A DNA stretch of 61,515 nucleotides, counting the filler. It is 4 parts of 4 records of this genome, joined end to end, with 100 filler letters (N's around TTAATTAATTAA, not from the genome) between each part and the next. Parts side by side here need not be neighbours in the genome. Positions count along the whole stretch, not along the records: positions 1 to 25,735 come from SRR2962707_3236; positions 25,836 to 38,349 come from SRR2962707_3240; 2 more parts are not named here. One strand, 5' to 3'. The notes under the pieces are model-generated. The model saw nothing but the letters and a program-made list of their open reading frames with translations. It did not search any database and was not told the DNA's origin. A program made the position numbers and the translations under genes. Of the stretch, positions 20,149 to 30,148 are shown in pieces. The stretch's first letter is position 1; each line of letters begins with the position of its first letter.

Positions 20149-21117
20149 ATGTCATTCAAGGGACTGAAATTTGTAATCGCCGGTCTGGCCGGAGCCTCGC
20201 TGCTCTGTTCGACCGCATTGGCCCAGAGCGTCGGGGAAGACGAGCAGGTCACGGCGACCATGATCATCTATCTCGACCCCAGCGTGCAGTTCTTCAATCC
20301 GGTCGTTCGCGGCGCACAGGACGCCGCCGAAGATTTCAACGTCAGCCTCGACGTGCAATACGCCAACAACGATCCGGTGCGTCAGAATGATCTGATCGAT
20401 AGCGCCGCCGCCGCAGGCGTCGATGGCATCGCTGTTGCGATTTCGTCATCGGATGCTTTTGACGAAGCCATTTGCTCGGCGGTCGACCAGGGCATTATCG
20501 TCATTGGCTTCAACAATGACGACCTCGAAGGCGCCAGCGGCAATTGTCGCCAGGCCTATGTCGGTATGGACGAGGAGGCCTCGGGCTACGAACTGGGTCA
20601 GCGCATGATCGAGGAATTCGACCTTCAGGACGGCGACGTCGTCTTCAACCCGCGCGAAATCCCCGAAGCCACCTTCGCTGTCGCCCGTGGTGGCGGAATC
20701 GAGCGGGCCATGGGCGAAGTCGGCATCACGGTGGAAACAGTCAGGGCCGGTCTCGATCCTGCCGAAGCACAAAACATCATGACCCAGTTCCTGATCGCTA
20801 ACCCTGATGTGAAAGCCGTCTTCGGCACGGGTTCTGTCACATCCACCGTTGGCGCTGCAGCCATTCGTGACGCGGGCATCGATGTGCCCTTCGCCGGCTT
20901 CGATCTCGCCGTGGAAATCGCCAATGCTGTGGAATCGGGCGAGATGTTCGCCACCATGGACCAGCAGCCCTACCTGCAGGGATACCAGCCGATCGCCCAG
21001 ATCGCCTTGGCGGCGCGCTTTGGTCTCACCCCGACCGATGTCGACACGGGCCAGGGCGCCTTCCTCGACGCTTCACGGGTCACCGCGATCAAGGATCTGA
21101 TCGGTACCTACAGGTAG
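20149..21117 (+). CDS. Sugar ABC transporter substrate-binding protein
   Basis: Signal peptide; DQQPYLQGY motif. Confidence 0.88.
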   Translation: MSFKGLKFVIAGLAGASLLCSTALAQSVGEDEQVTATMIIYLDPSVQFFNPVVRGAQDAAEDFNVSLDVQYANNDPVRQNDLIDSAAAAGVDGIAVAISSSDAFDEAICSAVDQGIIVIGFNNDDLEGASGNCRQAYVGMDEEASGYELGQRMIEEFDLQDGDVVFNPREIPEATFAVARGGGIERAMGEVGITVETVRAGLDPAEAQNIMTQFLIANPDVKAVFGTGSVTSTVGAAAIRDAGIDVPFAGFDLAVEIANAVESGEMFATMDQQPYLQGYQPIAQIALAARFGLTPTDVDTGQGAFLDASRVTAIKDLIGTYR

Positions 21118-21124
21118 CCAAGAT

Positions 21125-21160
21125 CGGCGGAGCGGTGGGCATCGGCCCATCGCTCCGTTG
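21125..21160 (+). terminator. Hairpin after the binding-protein gene
   Basis: CGGCGGAGCGGTGGGC-ATCG-GCCCATCGCTCCGTTG followed by TTT. Confidence 0.55.
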
Positions 21161-21226
21161 TTTCGTGCTCGACACGCTGTTTCCGCCTACACGCACATCA
21201 GACCGCCGCCACAGGAGCCTGCTCCA

Positions 21227-22243
21227 ATGACCGTTACCACCGACAGCGGGTCGGCCCCACCGCGCCACGGCCCGGCCTATTACCTCCGCCGTCTGCTGGC
21301 CAATCCGGCCGGCTCCATTATGCTGGTTTTCGCACTCATCCAGATCGCCTGCATCGTTTGGGCGTTACTTTATCCCGATGATTTCCGGTATCTCTCGCCC
21401 CAGAACCTTGCCATCCTGATGCGCGCCGTACCGGTGCTCGGCTGCCTCGCCCTCGGCGTCGGCATCCTGATGATTGCCGGTGAGTTCGATCTTTCGGTCG
21501 GCTCGGTCTATGCGCTCACCGCCATCGTCATGGCCGTCCAGGTCTCGGCCGGCATGAGCGGTTTTCTCGCCGCGCCGCTGGCCATCCTGCTCGGCGTCGC
21601 CATCGGCGTGCTCAACGGGCTCATCACCCTGCGCTTCAACTTGCCCTCCTTCATCGTCACGCTGGGCGGACTGCTGTTCTGGCGCGGAGCGGTACTACTC
21701 TATAATGGGGCGGTTCAGGTGCGGTTTGACCCTGAACCCATCTTCACCGAAATCTTTGCCGGCACGCTCCTCGGTTTCAACGCCGCCTTCTTGTGGTTTC
21801 TGGCGCTGACCTTTGCCTTTTATATGCTGGTCCACCACCACCGCTTCGGCAATCACGTCTTTGCTACTGGCGGTAACCGCCCCGCGGCAACCGCTATCGG
21901 TATCAACACCGGCCGGGTCAAGATCATCGCGTTTGCCATCGCCGGGGGCATGGCCGCTGTGGCCGGTATCCTCGCCACTGCGCGTGTCGGCTCGGTGCAG
22001 CCCGGACAGGGTACTGGCCTCGAACTCCAGGCGATTGCTGCCTGCGTGATCGGCGGCCTTTCGCTGCGCGGCGGGCGCGGGTCGATTATCGGTGTGTTCC
22101 TGGGCGCCTTGCTCATCCATACCATCACCAATGTGCTCCTGTTGCTGCGTGCACCCGGTTTTTATCTCGAAATGTTCATCGCCGTTTTGATCGTGGGGGC
22201 GTCGATCCTCAACCAGTTGATCGATGGCCGGGGGAGGGCATGA
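21227..22243 (+). CDS. Sugar ABC transporter permease
   Basis: AGEFDLSVGS, FGNHVFATGGN, LELQAIAACVIGG; RBS AGGAG before 21227. Confidence 0.9.
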   Translation: MTVTTDSGSAPPRHGPAYYLRRLLANPAGSIMLVFALIQIACIVWALLYPDDFRYLSPQNLAILMRAVPVLGCLALGVGILMIAGEFDLSVGSVYALTAIVMAVQVSAGMSGFLAAPLAILLGVAIGVLNGLITLRFNLPSFIVTLGGLLFWRGAVLLYNGAVQVRFDPEPIFTEIFAGTLLGFNAAFLWFLALTFAFYMLVHHHRFGNHVFATGGNRPAATAIGINTGRVKIIAFAIAGGMAAVAGILATARVGSVQPGQGTGLELQAIAACVIGGLSLRGGRGSIIGVFLGALLIHTITNVLLLLRAPGFYLEMFIAVLIVGASILNQLIDGRGRA

Positions 22244-22980
22244 TGACCAACGTACCGCTTCTTGAACTTCACGGCATTACCAAACGCTTTGGCGCCCTCA
22301 CTGCGCTTTCCGATCTGAGCTTTCATATCGGGGAAGGTGAAGTCATCGGACTTCTGGGCGACAATGGCGCCGGCAAATCGACAACGGTCAATCTGATCTC
22401 GGGCATTCACAAGCCCACTTCAGGGCACCTCGCGGTTGACGGCAAGCAGACGCTTTTTACCTGCCGCACCGACTCCGCAGAGGCGGGCATCGAGACCATC
22501 TACCAGAACACTGCCCTGGTCGATGACCTCTCGATCACCCGCAACATCTTCATGGGCCGCGAACGCACCAACGCTCTGGGATTTCTCAGAGAATCCGAGA
22601 TGCGTGAGATCGCCATGGATGTCCTGAAATCCGCCGTCCATATTTCGGGCATCGACAGCCCCGACAAGCTGGTTGGCGATCTGTCGGGTGGACAGAAACA
22701 AGCAGTGGCCATCGCGCGCGCCGTTTATTTCAAACGCCGCGTCCTGCTGCTGGACGAGCCCACCTCGGCCCTTTCCGTTCGGGAAACCGAGGCGCTTCTG
22801 GGACAGGTGCTCAAGCTCAAATCCGAGAACGTCTCGAGTGTGCTTGTGACTCACAACATCTACCACGCCTACCAAGTGTGCGACCGCTTCGTGATCATGA
22901 GTCATGGCACCAAGGTCTTCGATGTTGCCAAGGCCGATACCGACATTGCCCAACTCACAGAATATGTGGTGCTGACATGA
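22240..22980 (+). CDS. Sugar ABC transporter ATP-binding protein (single NBD)
   Basis: GDNGAGKS, LSGGQKQ, LLDEPT. Confidence 0.9.
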   Translation: MMTNVPLLELHGITKRFGALTALSDLSFHIGEGEVIGLLGDNGAGKSTTVNLISGIHKPTSGHLAVDGKQTLFTCRTDSAEAGIETIYQNTALVDDLSITRNIFMGRERTNALGFLRESEMREIAMDVLKSAVHISGIDSPDKLVGDLSGGQKQAVAIARAVYFKRRVLLLDEPTSALSVRETEALLGQVLKLKSENVSSVLVTHNIYHAYQVCDRFVIMSHGTKVFDVAKADTDIAQLTEYVVLT

Positions 22981-23810
22981 GTACGTTTTTCACCGAGCGC
23001 CACGCCGTTTCACCGTCCCAGGCCGGGACTTTCGACACCGGCGGTCTGCGCCAAAACTTCCTGATCGATGATCTTTTCGCCCAGGGGGAAATCTCGCTCA
23101 CCTATACCCACTACGATCGCATGGTCGTCGGCGGCGCCGTCCCGGGCACCGATCCGTTGCCGCTCGGAGCGATCAAGCCCGCGGGCACCGAAAGCTTCCT
23201 CGACCGGCGCGAATTGATTGCCGTCAACATCGGCGGTGAGGGCAGGGTCAGGGCCGGAGACGAGACTTTCACGCTCGGCACCCGTGACATGATTTATGTC
23301 GGCCGTGGCGCCTCGGTCAGCTTTGTTTCTACGGACGCCGCCAACCCGGCCAAATTCTACCTGGTCAGCGCCCCAGCCCATGCGACCCACCCCACAACCC
23401 ATATCCGCATCGAAGATGCCAAACGCGTCGACCTCGGTTCGTCAGACACCTGCAACGAGCGCTCGATCTTCCAGTTCACCAATGCGGTGAAAACCTGCCA
23501 GCTTGTTGTCGGCATGACCACGCTGGCTCCCGGCTCGATCTGGAACACCATGCCCGCCCATATCCACTCGCGCCGCATGGAAGCCTATCTCTATTTCGAT
23601 ATGGACGAGGACCAGCGCGTCATTCATCTCATGGGTGAGCCAAAACAGACCCGGCACCTCATCGTCGCAAACCAGCAAGCCGTTCTCTCGCCCCCCTGGT
23701 CGATCCATTCGGGCGCCGGCACTGCCAGCTACACCTTTATATGGGCCATGGCCGGCGACAACGTCGATTACACTGATGTCGAGCCCGTCCAGCCGGGAGA
23801 CATCTTGTGA
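22977..23810 (+). CDS. kduI: 5-dehydro-4-deoxy-D-glucuronate isomerase
   Basis: YTHYDRMVVGG, WNTMPAHIHSRRMEAYLYF, SPPWSIHSG, WAMAGDN. Confidence 0.95.
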   Translation: MSTFFTERHAVSPSQAGTFDTGGLRQNFLIDDLFAQGEISLTYTHYDRMVVGGAVPGTDPLPLGAIKPAGTESFLDRRELIAVNIGGEGRVRAGDETFTLGTRDMIYVGRGASVSFVSTDAANPAKFYLVSAPAHATHPTTHIRIEDAKRVDLGSSDTCNERSIFQFTNAVKTCQLVVGMTTLAPGSIWNTMPAHIHSRRMEAYLYFDMDEDQRVIHLMGEPKQTRHLIVANQQAVLSPPWSIHSGAGTASYTFIWAMAGDNVDYTDVEPVQPGDIL

Positions 23811-24583
23811 CCGATCTTTCCGCATTCTCTCTTGAGGGTAAGTCCGTGATGGTCACCGGCGCCAACACCGGCATCGGACAGGGCATCGCGCTGGCCATCG
23901 GCAGGGCAGGCGGCAACGTCATTGCCGTAGGTCGCTCCTCGATGGAGGAGACAGAAACATTGTTTCGCCAATCATCGGCAATCTCGGGTTCAATTTCACA
24001 CAAGTCCATGGATTTTGGAGCCAAAGTTGACCCCAAAATGATGCTCGACGAAGCATGGGACGAGCACGGCCCCATCCACGGCCTCGTCAACAATGCCGGC
24101 ATCATCCGCCGCGCCGACGCCCTCGATTTCACCGAAAAAGACTGGGATGAGGTTATGGACATAAACCTAAAGACGATGTTTTTTCTTTCCCAGGCCTTCG
24201 CGCGCCGTGTCTTGCAAGTATCTGAAAAAAAAGGGAAAATTGTCAACATCGCCTCGATGCTCAGCTTCCAGGGCGGCATACGGGTTGCCTCCTACACAGC
24301 GTCGAAATCCGGGGTCATGGGACTCACTCGGCTGCTCGCCTGCGAGTGGGCAGAAAAGGGCATCAACGTCAATGCCATAGCACCGGGCTACGTCGAAACC
24401 AACAACACCAAAGCCCTGCACCAAGACCCTGATCGCAGCGCCCAAATCCTCGGCCGAATCCCCGCCGGGCGCTGGGGAGCACCCTCAGACATCGGCGATA
24501 CCGCCGTTTTCCTCCTCGCCCCCGCATCCGACTATATGCACGGCACCACAATACCCGTCGACGGTGGCTGGTTGGCGCGATAG
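23807..24583 (+). CDS. kduD: 2-dehydro-3-deoxy-D-gluconate 5-dehydrogenase
   Basis: SDR motifs TGANTGIG, NNAGIIRR, SMLSFQGGIRVASYTASK, VDGGWLAR. Confidence 0.93.
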   Translation: MTDLSAFSLEGKSVMVTGANTGIGQGIALAIGRAGGNVIAVGRSSMEETETLFRQSSAISGSISHKSMDFGAKVDPKMMLDEAWDEHGPIHGLVNNAGIIRRADALDFTEKDWDEVMDINLKTMFFLSQAFARRVLQVSEKKGKIVNIASMLSFQGGIRVASYTASKSGVMGLTRLLACEWAEKGINVNAIAPGYVETNNTKALHQDPDRSAQILGRIPAGRWGAPSDIGDTAVFLLAPASDYMHGTTIPVDGGWLAR

Positions 24584-24591
24584 GAGGTTAA

Positions 24592-24933
24592 ATGACTGAT
24601 ATAAAGCTGTTTTCTGATTACGGCGAAAGGCCATGGACGGTCGCTCCCGATGGGAACCAGCGGCGCGTTCTGCTTCATACACCCGAGTTGATGCTCGTGG
24701 AATTCGCGTTCGAAAAAGGCGCGATCGGGGCGCTGCATTCTCATCCCCACGTCCAGGCCAGCTTCGTCGCCGAAGGCCGATTTGAGGTCACAATCGATGG
24801 TACAAGCCAAACCCTTGAACAGGGCGGCACTTTTATTGTCCCTTCCGGTCTTACGCACGGTGTGCGGGCGTTGGAAAAAGGCCGCCTTGTCGACAGCTTT
24901 GCTCCGGCGCGCCAAGACTTCATCAGCAACTAA
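24592..24933 (+). CDS. kdgF: KdgF-like cupin
   Basis: HSHPHVQ, HGVRALE, DSFAPARQDF; directly follows kduID. Confidence 0.8.
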   Translation: MTDIKLFSDYGERPWTVAPDGNQRRVLLHTPELMLVEFAFEKGAIGALHSHPHVQASFVAEGRFEVTIDGTSQTLEQGGTFIVPSGLTHGVRALEKGRLVDSFAPARQDFISN

Positions 24934-25119
24934 TCGTTCTCAACGTGTCGGAGGTCTCCGACAGCCGCGCGATCGGTCGAAACGCATGGTTGGAAGAGCG
25001 AGATCTGCTCTCTGGCCCGAAGACGCGAGGTTTGGCGCCGACGTCGATAAAGCAGCTGCGGAAGTCGTTAATGGCAATGGCCAGTGATCTCTTCCTAGGC
25101 AACAACCCTGCCTTGGTCT

Positions 25120-25323
25120 CAATGTTGCAGATCAATAAGGCTCGCGAAGGATTTTGTGGTTTTGGGATCGCATAGTATAGGATCGCCACGATCGATCTTG
25201 TGTCGAGTTTGCGCGCCCAGACCTCTGCATCGCCGCGACGCAGGAAAGTATTACTTGCGTCATTTCCTTTACGTCTGATTTGGACAGGACATAAGCGGAT
25301 TTGAGTTTCGTAAGCGTCGCTAT
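25120..25323 (-). pseudogene. Decayed N-terminus of a tyrosine integrase divergent from dusA
   Basis: Reading across frameshifts gives (ATA)ATLTKLKS..VQIRRKGNDASNTFLRRGDAEVWARKL..KIDRGDPILCDPKTTKSFASLIDL; start codon lost; no catalytic domain recognisable. Confidence 0.7.
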
Positions 25324-25409
25324 TTTTCGTGTGCGCTGTGTGTGCAATGAAGGATCGAAACGCGGCGAAAGGGTCGTATCGGATCGAAAATTAGGGTGCC
25401 TCTACCGCC

Positions 25410-25735
25410 GTGCAACGTACTGAAGATACTAAAGAAACCTTGTTAAAACAATCACGTAGGTTCTCCATCGCACCTATGATGGACTGGACGGATCGGCATT
25501 GCCGGTATCTTCACCGGCAATTGACCTCGCATGCGCTTTTGTTCACCGAGATGGTGACCAGTGCGGCGCTGGTGCATGGGGATGCGGAACGGTTGCTCGG
25601 GTATGACGACAGCGAGCATCCGGTCGCGGTGCAGCTTGGCGGGTCCGATCCGCGCGAACTGGTCGAGGCTGTCCGGATTTGCGGCCGGTTCGGATATGAT
25701 GAAATCAATCTCAATGTCGGCTGTCCGTCCGACCG
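25410..25735 (+). CDS. dusA: tRNA-dihydrouridine synthase A (5' part, truncated by contig end)
   Basis: [35 protein letters not shown]. Confidence 0.93.
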
Positions 25736-25835
25736 NNNNNNNNNNNNNNNNNNNNNNNNNNNNNNNNNNNNNNNNNNNNTTAATTAATTAANNNNNNNNN
25801 NNNNNNNNNNNNNNNNNNNNNNNNNNNNNNNNNNN
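25736..25835. other. Artificial contig spacer
   Basis: N44-TTAATTAATTAA-N44 (stops in all six frames); flanks differ in composition and gene content. Confidence 0.98.
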
Positions 25836-27063
25836 TATTCTCAACCACCACAATGGCATCGTCTATGACAAAGCCGGTGGCGATAGTCAGAGCCATTAAA
25901 CTTAAGTTATTGATACTGAACCCAGCTAGGTACATGACCACAAAGGTGCCAATCAAAGACAAAGGCACCGCAACGCTAGGAATCAGGGTCGCCGCCAGGT
26001 TTCGTAAAAACAAAAAGGTCACCATCACCACTAAGGCAATGGACAACATCAGCTCAAATTTTACATCACTGATGGATGAGCGAATGGTTTGTGTGCGATC
26101 CGATAAAATCGTTAATTTGACGCTGTCTGGAAGCAGGGTTTGTAATTGCGGTAATTTGACTTTGATGTTGTCGACGACATCAATCACATTGGCGCCAGGT
26201 TGGCGTTTCACCTGCATGATAATGGCGGGTTTTCCATTGGCCGTGGCGGATAAGTAGTCATTTTCATTACCTGAAACGACCTTGGCCACGTCTTGTAGGT
26301 GTAATGCCGCGCCATTTTCGTATTTCAAAATGAGGCTGCTGTATTGCGCCGCGCTTTCTAATTGGTCGTTTGCATCGATCGTAATAGAGTGATATTTGCT
26401 GTCGAAGCCGCCTTTTGAGCCGTTTAAATTGCTGTTATTGACTAGGGTATAGATGTCTTCAAGGGTCAAATTGTGCGCGGCTAACGCCTTCGGGTCTGCC
26501 TTAATTCGAATGGCTGGCTGATGACCGCCAGCTAAGGTGACCAAACCGACGCCAGATACCTGCGACAGTTTTAAAGCGACACGAGAATTGATCAGATCTT
26601 GAACTTTTGTCAGTGGCAAGGTATCAGAGCTGGCGGCAATCGTGAGCACAGCACCATCTGCAGGGTTCACTTTCTTATAGGTTGGTGAATACGGCAAATC
26701 GGACGGTAACAAGCTGTCAGCGGCGTTGATCGCAGCTTGGACTTCTTGTTCGGCAACATCCAAAGCAAGGGCTAAGTTAAATTTCAAGGTGATGATCGAG
26801 GCCCCACCAGAGCTGGTGGAATATATCTGGTTTAGCCCCGACATTTTTCCCAATTCTTGCTCAAGCGGCGCAGTCACAGACGTTGCCATCACATCAGGGC
26901 TTGCGCCAGGGTACAAAGTAGTGACTTGTATCGTCGGATAGTCGACTTCTGGCAAGGCCGATACGGGCAACAAGCTGTAAGTGAACGCGCCGGACAACAG
27001 CAGTGAAACCATCAATAAAATGGTCGCTACAGGGCGCTCAATAAAGACTCTAGACGGGTTCAT
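25836..27063 (-). CDS. mdtB: RND efflux permease MdtB-like (3' truncated)
   Basis: [43 protein letters not shown]. Confidence 0.85.
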
Positions 27064-28298
27064 TCGCGGTCCTTTGTCTGCTCGTTATCCTTGTGCTGCT
27101 CAATAATCTTAACCTTGCTGCCTTCTATTAGATTATCAATGCCTGTCGTTACCAGCTTGTCCCCTACTTTGACCCCAGACAGAGCAACGATGGTGTCTTC
27201 GTCTGCAACAGGACCTACGTTGACCATTTGTTTATGAACGCTATTGTCCGCGTTAATAACAAACACGAAATCGCCGCTGTCATTGAGCTGTAGCGCCGCT
27301 TTAGGGATGACCACCGCTTGGTTGAGTTGGGCGATTTTCATGCGTACATTCACAAATTGATTGGGGTAAAGTGTTTCATTGTCATTATTGAATAGTGCCT
27401 TTAATTTGACCGTGCCGGTGTCGCTATCAACGCTGTTGCTAATGTTGGCCAGCTTACCTTGCGCTAGTGTTTGTTTACCGATTTGGTCGAATACGAAGAC
27501 TTGAAAGGACTGATTTTTGCGCCATCCCTGTAGCACACTTTGCAGGCGCGCTTGAGGGATGCTGAAGGTAACGGCAATAGGATTAACTTGTGTAATGGTG
27601 ACTATTGACGTGGAATCCGCTGTCACCAAGTTGCCTTGGTCCACATCAAGTAGGCCTGTATAGCCACTGATAGGCGCGTGAATTTTAGCGTATTCGATGT
27701 CTAATCTAGCCGCGACGATTTGTGCTTTGTCGGTTGCAACCAAGCCTTGGTATTGGCCCACTGTCGCCGCTTGCTCTTGCACATCTTGCGCTGAAATAGA
27801 GTCTTCTTTCGCTAGTTGTTGATAGCGCTCTAATGTGGCTTGCGCGCTTTTTAATAACGCTGCATTTTGCGCTAGCTCGCCTTGGTATTGGGCCAAGGTT
27901 GCTTGATAGCTCCGATCGTCTATTTGGGCCAGCACATCCCCTGCTTGCACATACTGACCTTCATTGAACAAGACTTTCTGCATTTCACCGGTAACACGAC
28001 TGGTTACCGTGACAGAGGTATTGGCTTTTACTGTGCCTAACGCATCCAAATAAACCGCAACATCAGCTTGGCTCGCTTTATCGGCATACACGGCAGTGAC
28101 CTGATTCGGGTTAAAGCGTCTTCTTCCACCGGGACCTCCAGGGCCTCCGCCTGGTGGTCTTTGGCGTTCGCCTTGTTGCGCACCGTGCGCGGGTTGTTCA
28201 GCATGAATATAGTGCCAAGCATACCAACCTCCCCCAATGACCAGAGCGGCAAGAATGAGTAAACCTAGTCGGGATGTTTTGCTTGAACGAGTCGTCAT
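27060..28298 (-). CDS. mdtA: RND membrane fusion protein MdtA-like
   Basis: N-terminal [32 protein letters not shown]; coupled to mdtB. Confidence 0.85.
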   Translation of the reverse strand: MTTRSSKTSRLGLLILAALVIGGGWYAWHYIHAEQPAHGAQQGERQRPPGGGPGGPGGRRRFNPNQVTAVYADKASQADVAVYLDALGTVKANTSVTVTSRVTGEMQKVLFNEGQYVQAGDVLAQIDDRSYQATLAQYQGELAQNAALLKSAQATLERYQQLAKEDSISAQDVQEQAATVGQYQGLVATDKAQIVAARLDIEYAKIHAPISGYTGLLDVDQGNLVTADSTSIVTITQVNPIAVTFSIPQARLQSVLQGWRKNQSFQVFVFDQIGKQTLAQGKLANISNSVDSDTGTVKLKALFNNDNETLYPNQFVNVRMKIAQLNQAVVIPKAALQLNDSGDFVFVINADNSVHKQMVNVGPVADEDTIVALSGVKVGDKLVTTGIDNLIEGSKVKIIEQHKDNEQTKDRE

Positions 28299-28620
28299 TT
28301 TTTGGTCACTGTTATGCAGATGATGAGAAAGTCTGAATCGAAATAAGAAGGATAGTTACCGCAACGCGTTGCTAAATAGGAATCGCTCTTACTCAGAAAT
28401 TAAGAGCATCAGTCTATGAATAATCCGCTCACCAACAATGCTTTTTACCTTTATTTACATAAGGCGTCTGAGACAGTCGATAAACCAAGAGGCGAGGTAA
28501 AAAACAGCGAAATATTGAGCCTTAACAAGGTGGTGGGGTGAGAGTTAGCGGAGATATGGAGGCGGTAATAACGTGGTGAAGGGCTATCCTACACCACGTT
28601 TTTATACTGCTAAGGGAGGA

Positions 28621-30000
28621 TTATTTACCGATACAGAATGAACCAAAGATGCGCCCGAGCAAGTCATCACTGGTGAATTCACCGGTGATTTCGCTGAGTG
28701 CTTGTTGGGCTTCTTTTAGGTCTTCTGCGAGCAATTCTCCGGCGCCATAACCGTGAAGTTGCTCATTACCAGCGTCCAAGAAGCGATTGGCTTTGTTTAG
28801 CGCTTCTATGTGTCGACGACGGGCGATAAACCCACCTTCAGTCGTGCTGTCGAAGCCCATGATGGCTTTTAGGTGATCAGTCAGGTCTGACACGCCCTCC
28901 CCAGTTTTTGCCGACAGGGAGATCACAGGGACATCATTGATGATTTCTGTGCCAGTGGATTCTTTGGTGAGATCGACCTTGTTTCGAACCAAGGTGAGGT
29001 GCTTGGTATCGCCGAGCTTTTCGATGAATTCTGGCCAGATTTCGTTCGGGTCTTTACTGTCGATGGATTGGCTGTCCACCATCATCAAGATCCGGTCAGC
29101 TTTGCTGATTTCATCCCATGCGCGTTGAATTCCGATGCGCTCTACTTCGTCTGGACTATCGCGTAAGCCGGCGGTATCAATGATGTGCAGCGGCATGCCA
29201 TCGAGATGAATGTGCTCGCGCAGAACATCTCGGGTAGTGCCTTCTATGCTGGTTACTATGGCGGAGTCTTTGCCTGATAAGGCGTTCAACAAGCTGGATT
29301 TGCCCGCGTTCGGACGGCCAGCGATGACCACATTCATGCCTTCACGAATCAAGGCACCTTGGTTGGCTTCTTTGAGTACTTCGCTCAGTTTTGCTTGGAT
29401 GCCAGCCAGTTCATTGGCCACTTTGCCATCGCCAATAAAGTCGATTTCTTCTTCAGGAAAATCGATCGCGGCTTCCACATAAATACGCAAGTGGATGAGC
29501 GCTTCAACCAGCTCATTAACGCGTTTAGAAAACGCACCCTGTAGTGAGCGTAACGCGCATTTGGCAGCTTGTTCAGACGAACTGTCGATCAAATCCGCAA
29601 TGGCTTCGGCTTGGGTTAAGTCCATTTTATCGTTTAAAAATGCCCGCTCAGAAAACTCTCCAGGGCGTGCCAAACGTGCGCCTAAGGCCACACAATGGGT
29701 CAGCAGCATGTCCATGATGACAGGGCCACCATGGCCTTGCAGTTCAAAAACATCTTCTCCGGTAAAGGAGTTAGGGCCTGGGAAATACAAGGCAATGCCT
29801 TCATCAAGCTGCTCGTTGTTGGCGTCTTTAAAAGGCACATAATGGGCGTAGCGTGGCGTCGGCTCAAAGCCAACAATGGTTTTCGCGATCGCGCTGCTTT
29901 TCGGCCCAGATAAACGAATAATACCTACGCCGCCACGGCCAGGTGCGGTCGCTTGAGCAACGATGGTGTCTTGGTCAATGGCGTATTGAAAGTCGGTCAT
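28621..30000 (-). CDS. mnmE: tRNA modification GTPase MnmE
   Basis: [26 protein letters not shown]-terminal FCIGK; start placed at ATG 30000. Confidence 0.97.
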   Translation of the reverse strand: MTDFQYAIDQDTIVAQATAPGRGGVGIIRLSGPKSSAIAKTIVGFEPTPRYAHYVPFKDANNEQLDEGIALYFPGPNSFTGEDVFELQGHGGPVIMDMLLTHCVALGARLARPGEFSERAFLNDKMDLTQAEAIADLIDSSSEQAAKCALRSLQGAFSKRVNELVEALIHLRIYVEAAIDFPEEEIDFIGDGKVANELAGIQAKLSEVLKEANQGALIREGMNVVIAGRPNAGKSSLLNALSGKDSAIVTSIEGTTRDVLREHIHLDGMPLHIIDTAGLRDSPDEVERIGIQRAWDEISKADRILMMVDSQSIDSKDPNEIWPEFIEKLGDTKHLTLVRNKVDLTKESTGTEIINDVPVISLSAKTGEGVSDLTDHLKAIMGFDSTTEGGFIARRRHIEALNKANRFLDAGNEQLHGYGAGELLAEDLKEAQQALSEITGEFTSDDLLGRIFGSFCIGK

Positions 30001-30090
30001 AATCAAACTCTGTACGGTGACTTTATAAGGTGAAAGTAATAGCAATATCACCATTGTCCGTTAGCACGGAGAGCATGGCAATCTAAACGT

Positions 30091-30120
30091 AAAAAAGGCC
30101 TCCCGAAGGAAGCCTTTTTT
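30091..30120 (-). terminator. Rho-independent terminator after yidC
   Basis: AAAAAAGGCCTCC-CGAA-GGAAGCCTTTTTT. Confidence 0.75.
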
Positions 30121-30148
30121 CATAGAAGGTCGCGGCTAAAAACAGCGG

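Noticed and set aside
23945-24050. Lower-GC divergent patch inside kduD
   Set aside because: Frame is intact and it falls in a variable SDR region; not enough evidence for mosaicism
538-24551. Many long antisense or alternate-frame ORFs (for example 4993-5883, 917-1585, 19458-20132)
   Set aside because: Shadows of GC-rich real genes, with no recognisable motifs
25780-25791. TTAATTAATTAA palindromic motif recurring three times
   Set aside because: Always centred in N runs; a synthetic six-frame-stop linker, not biology
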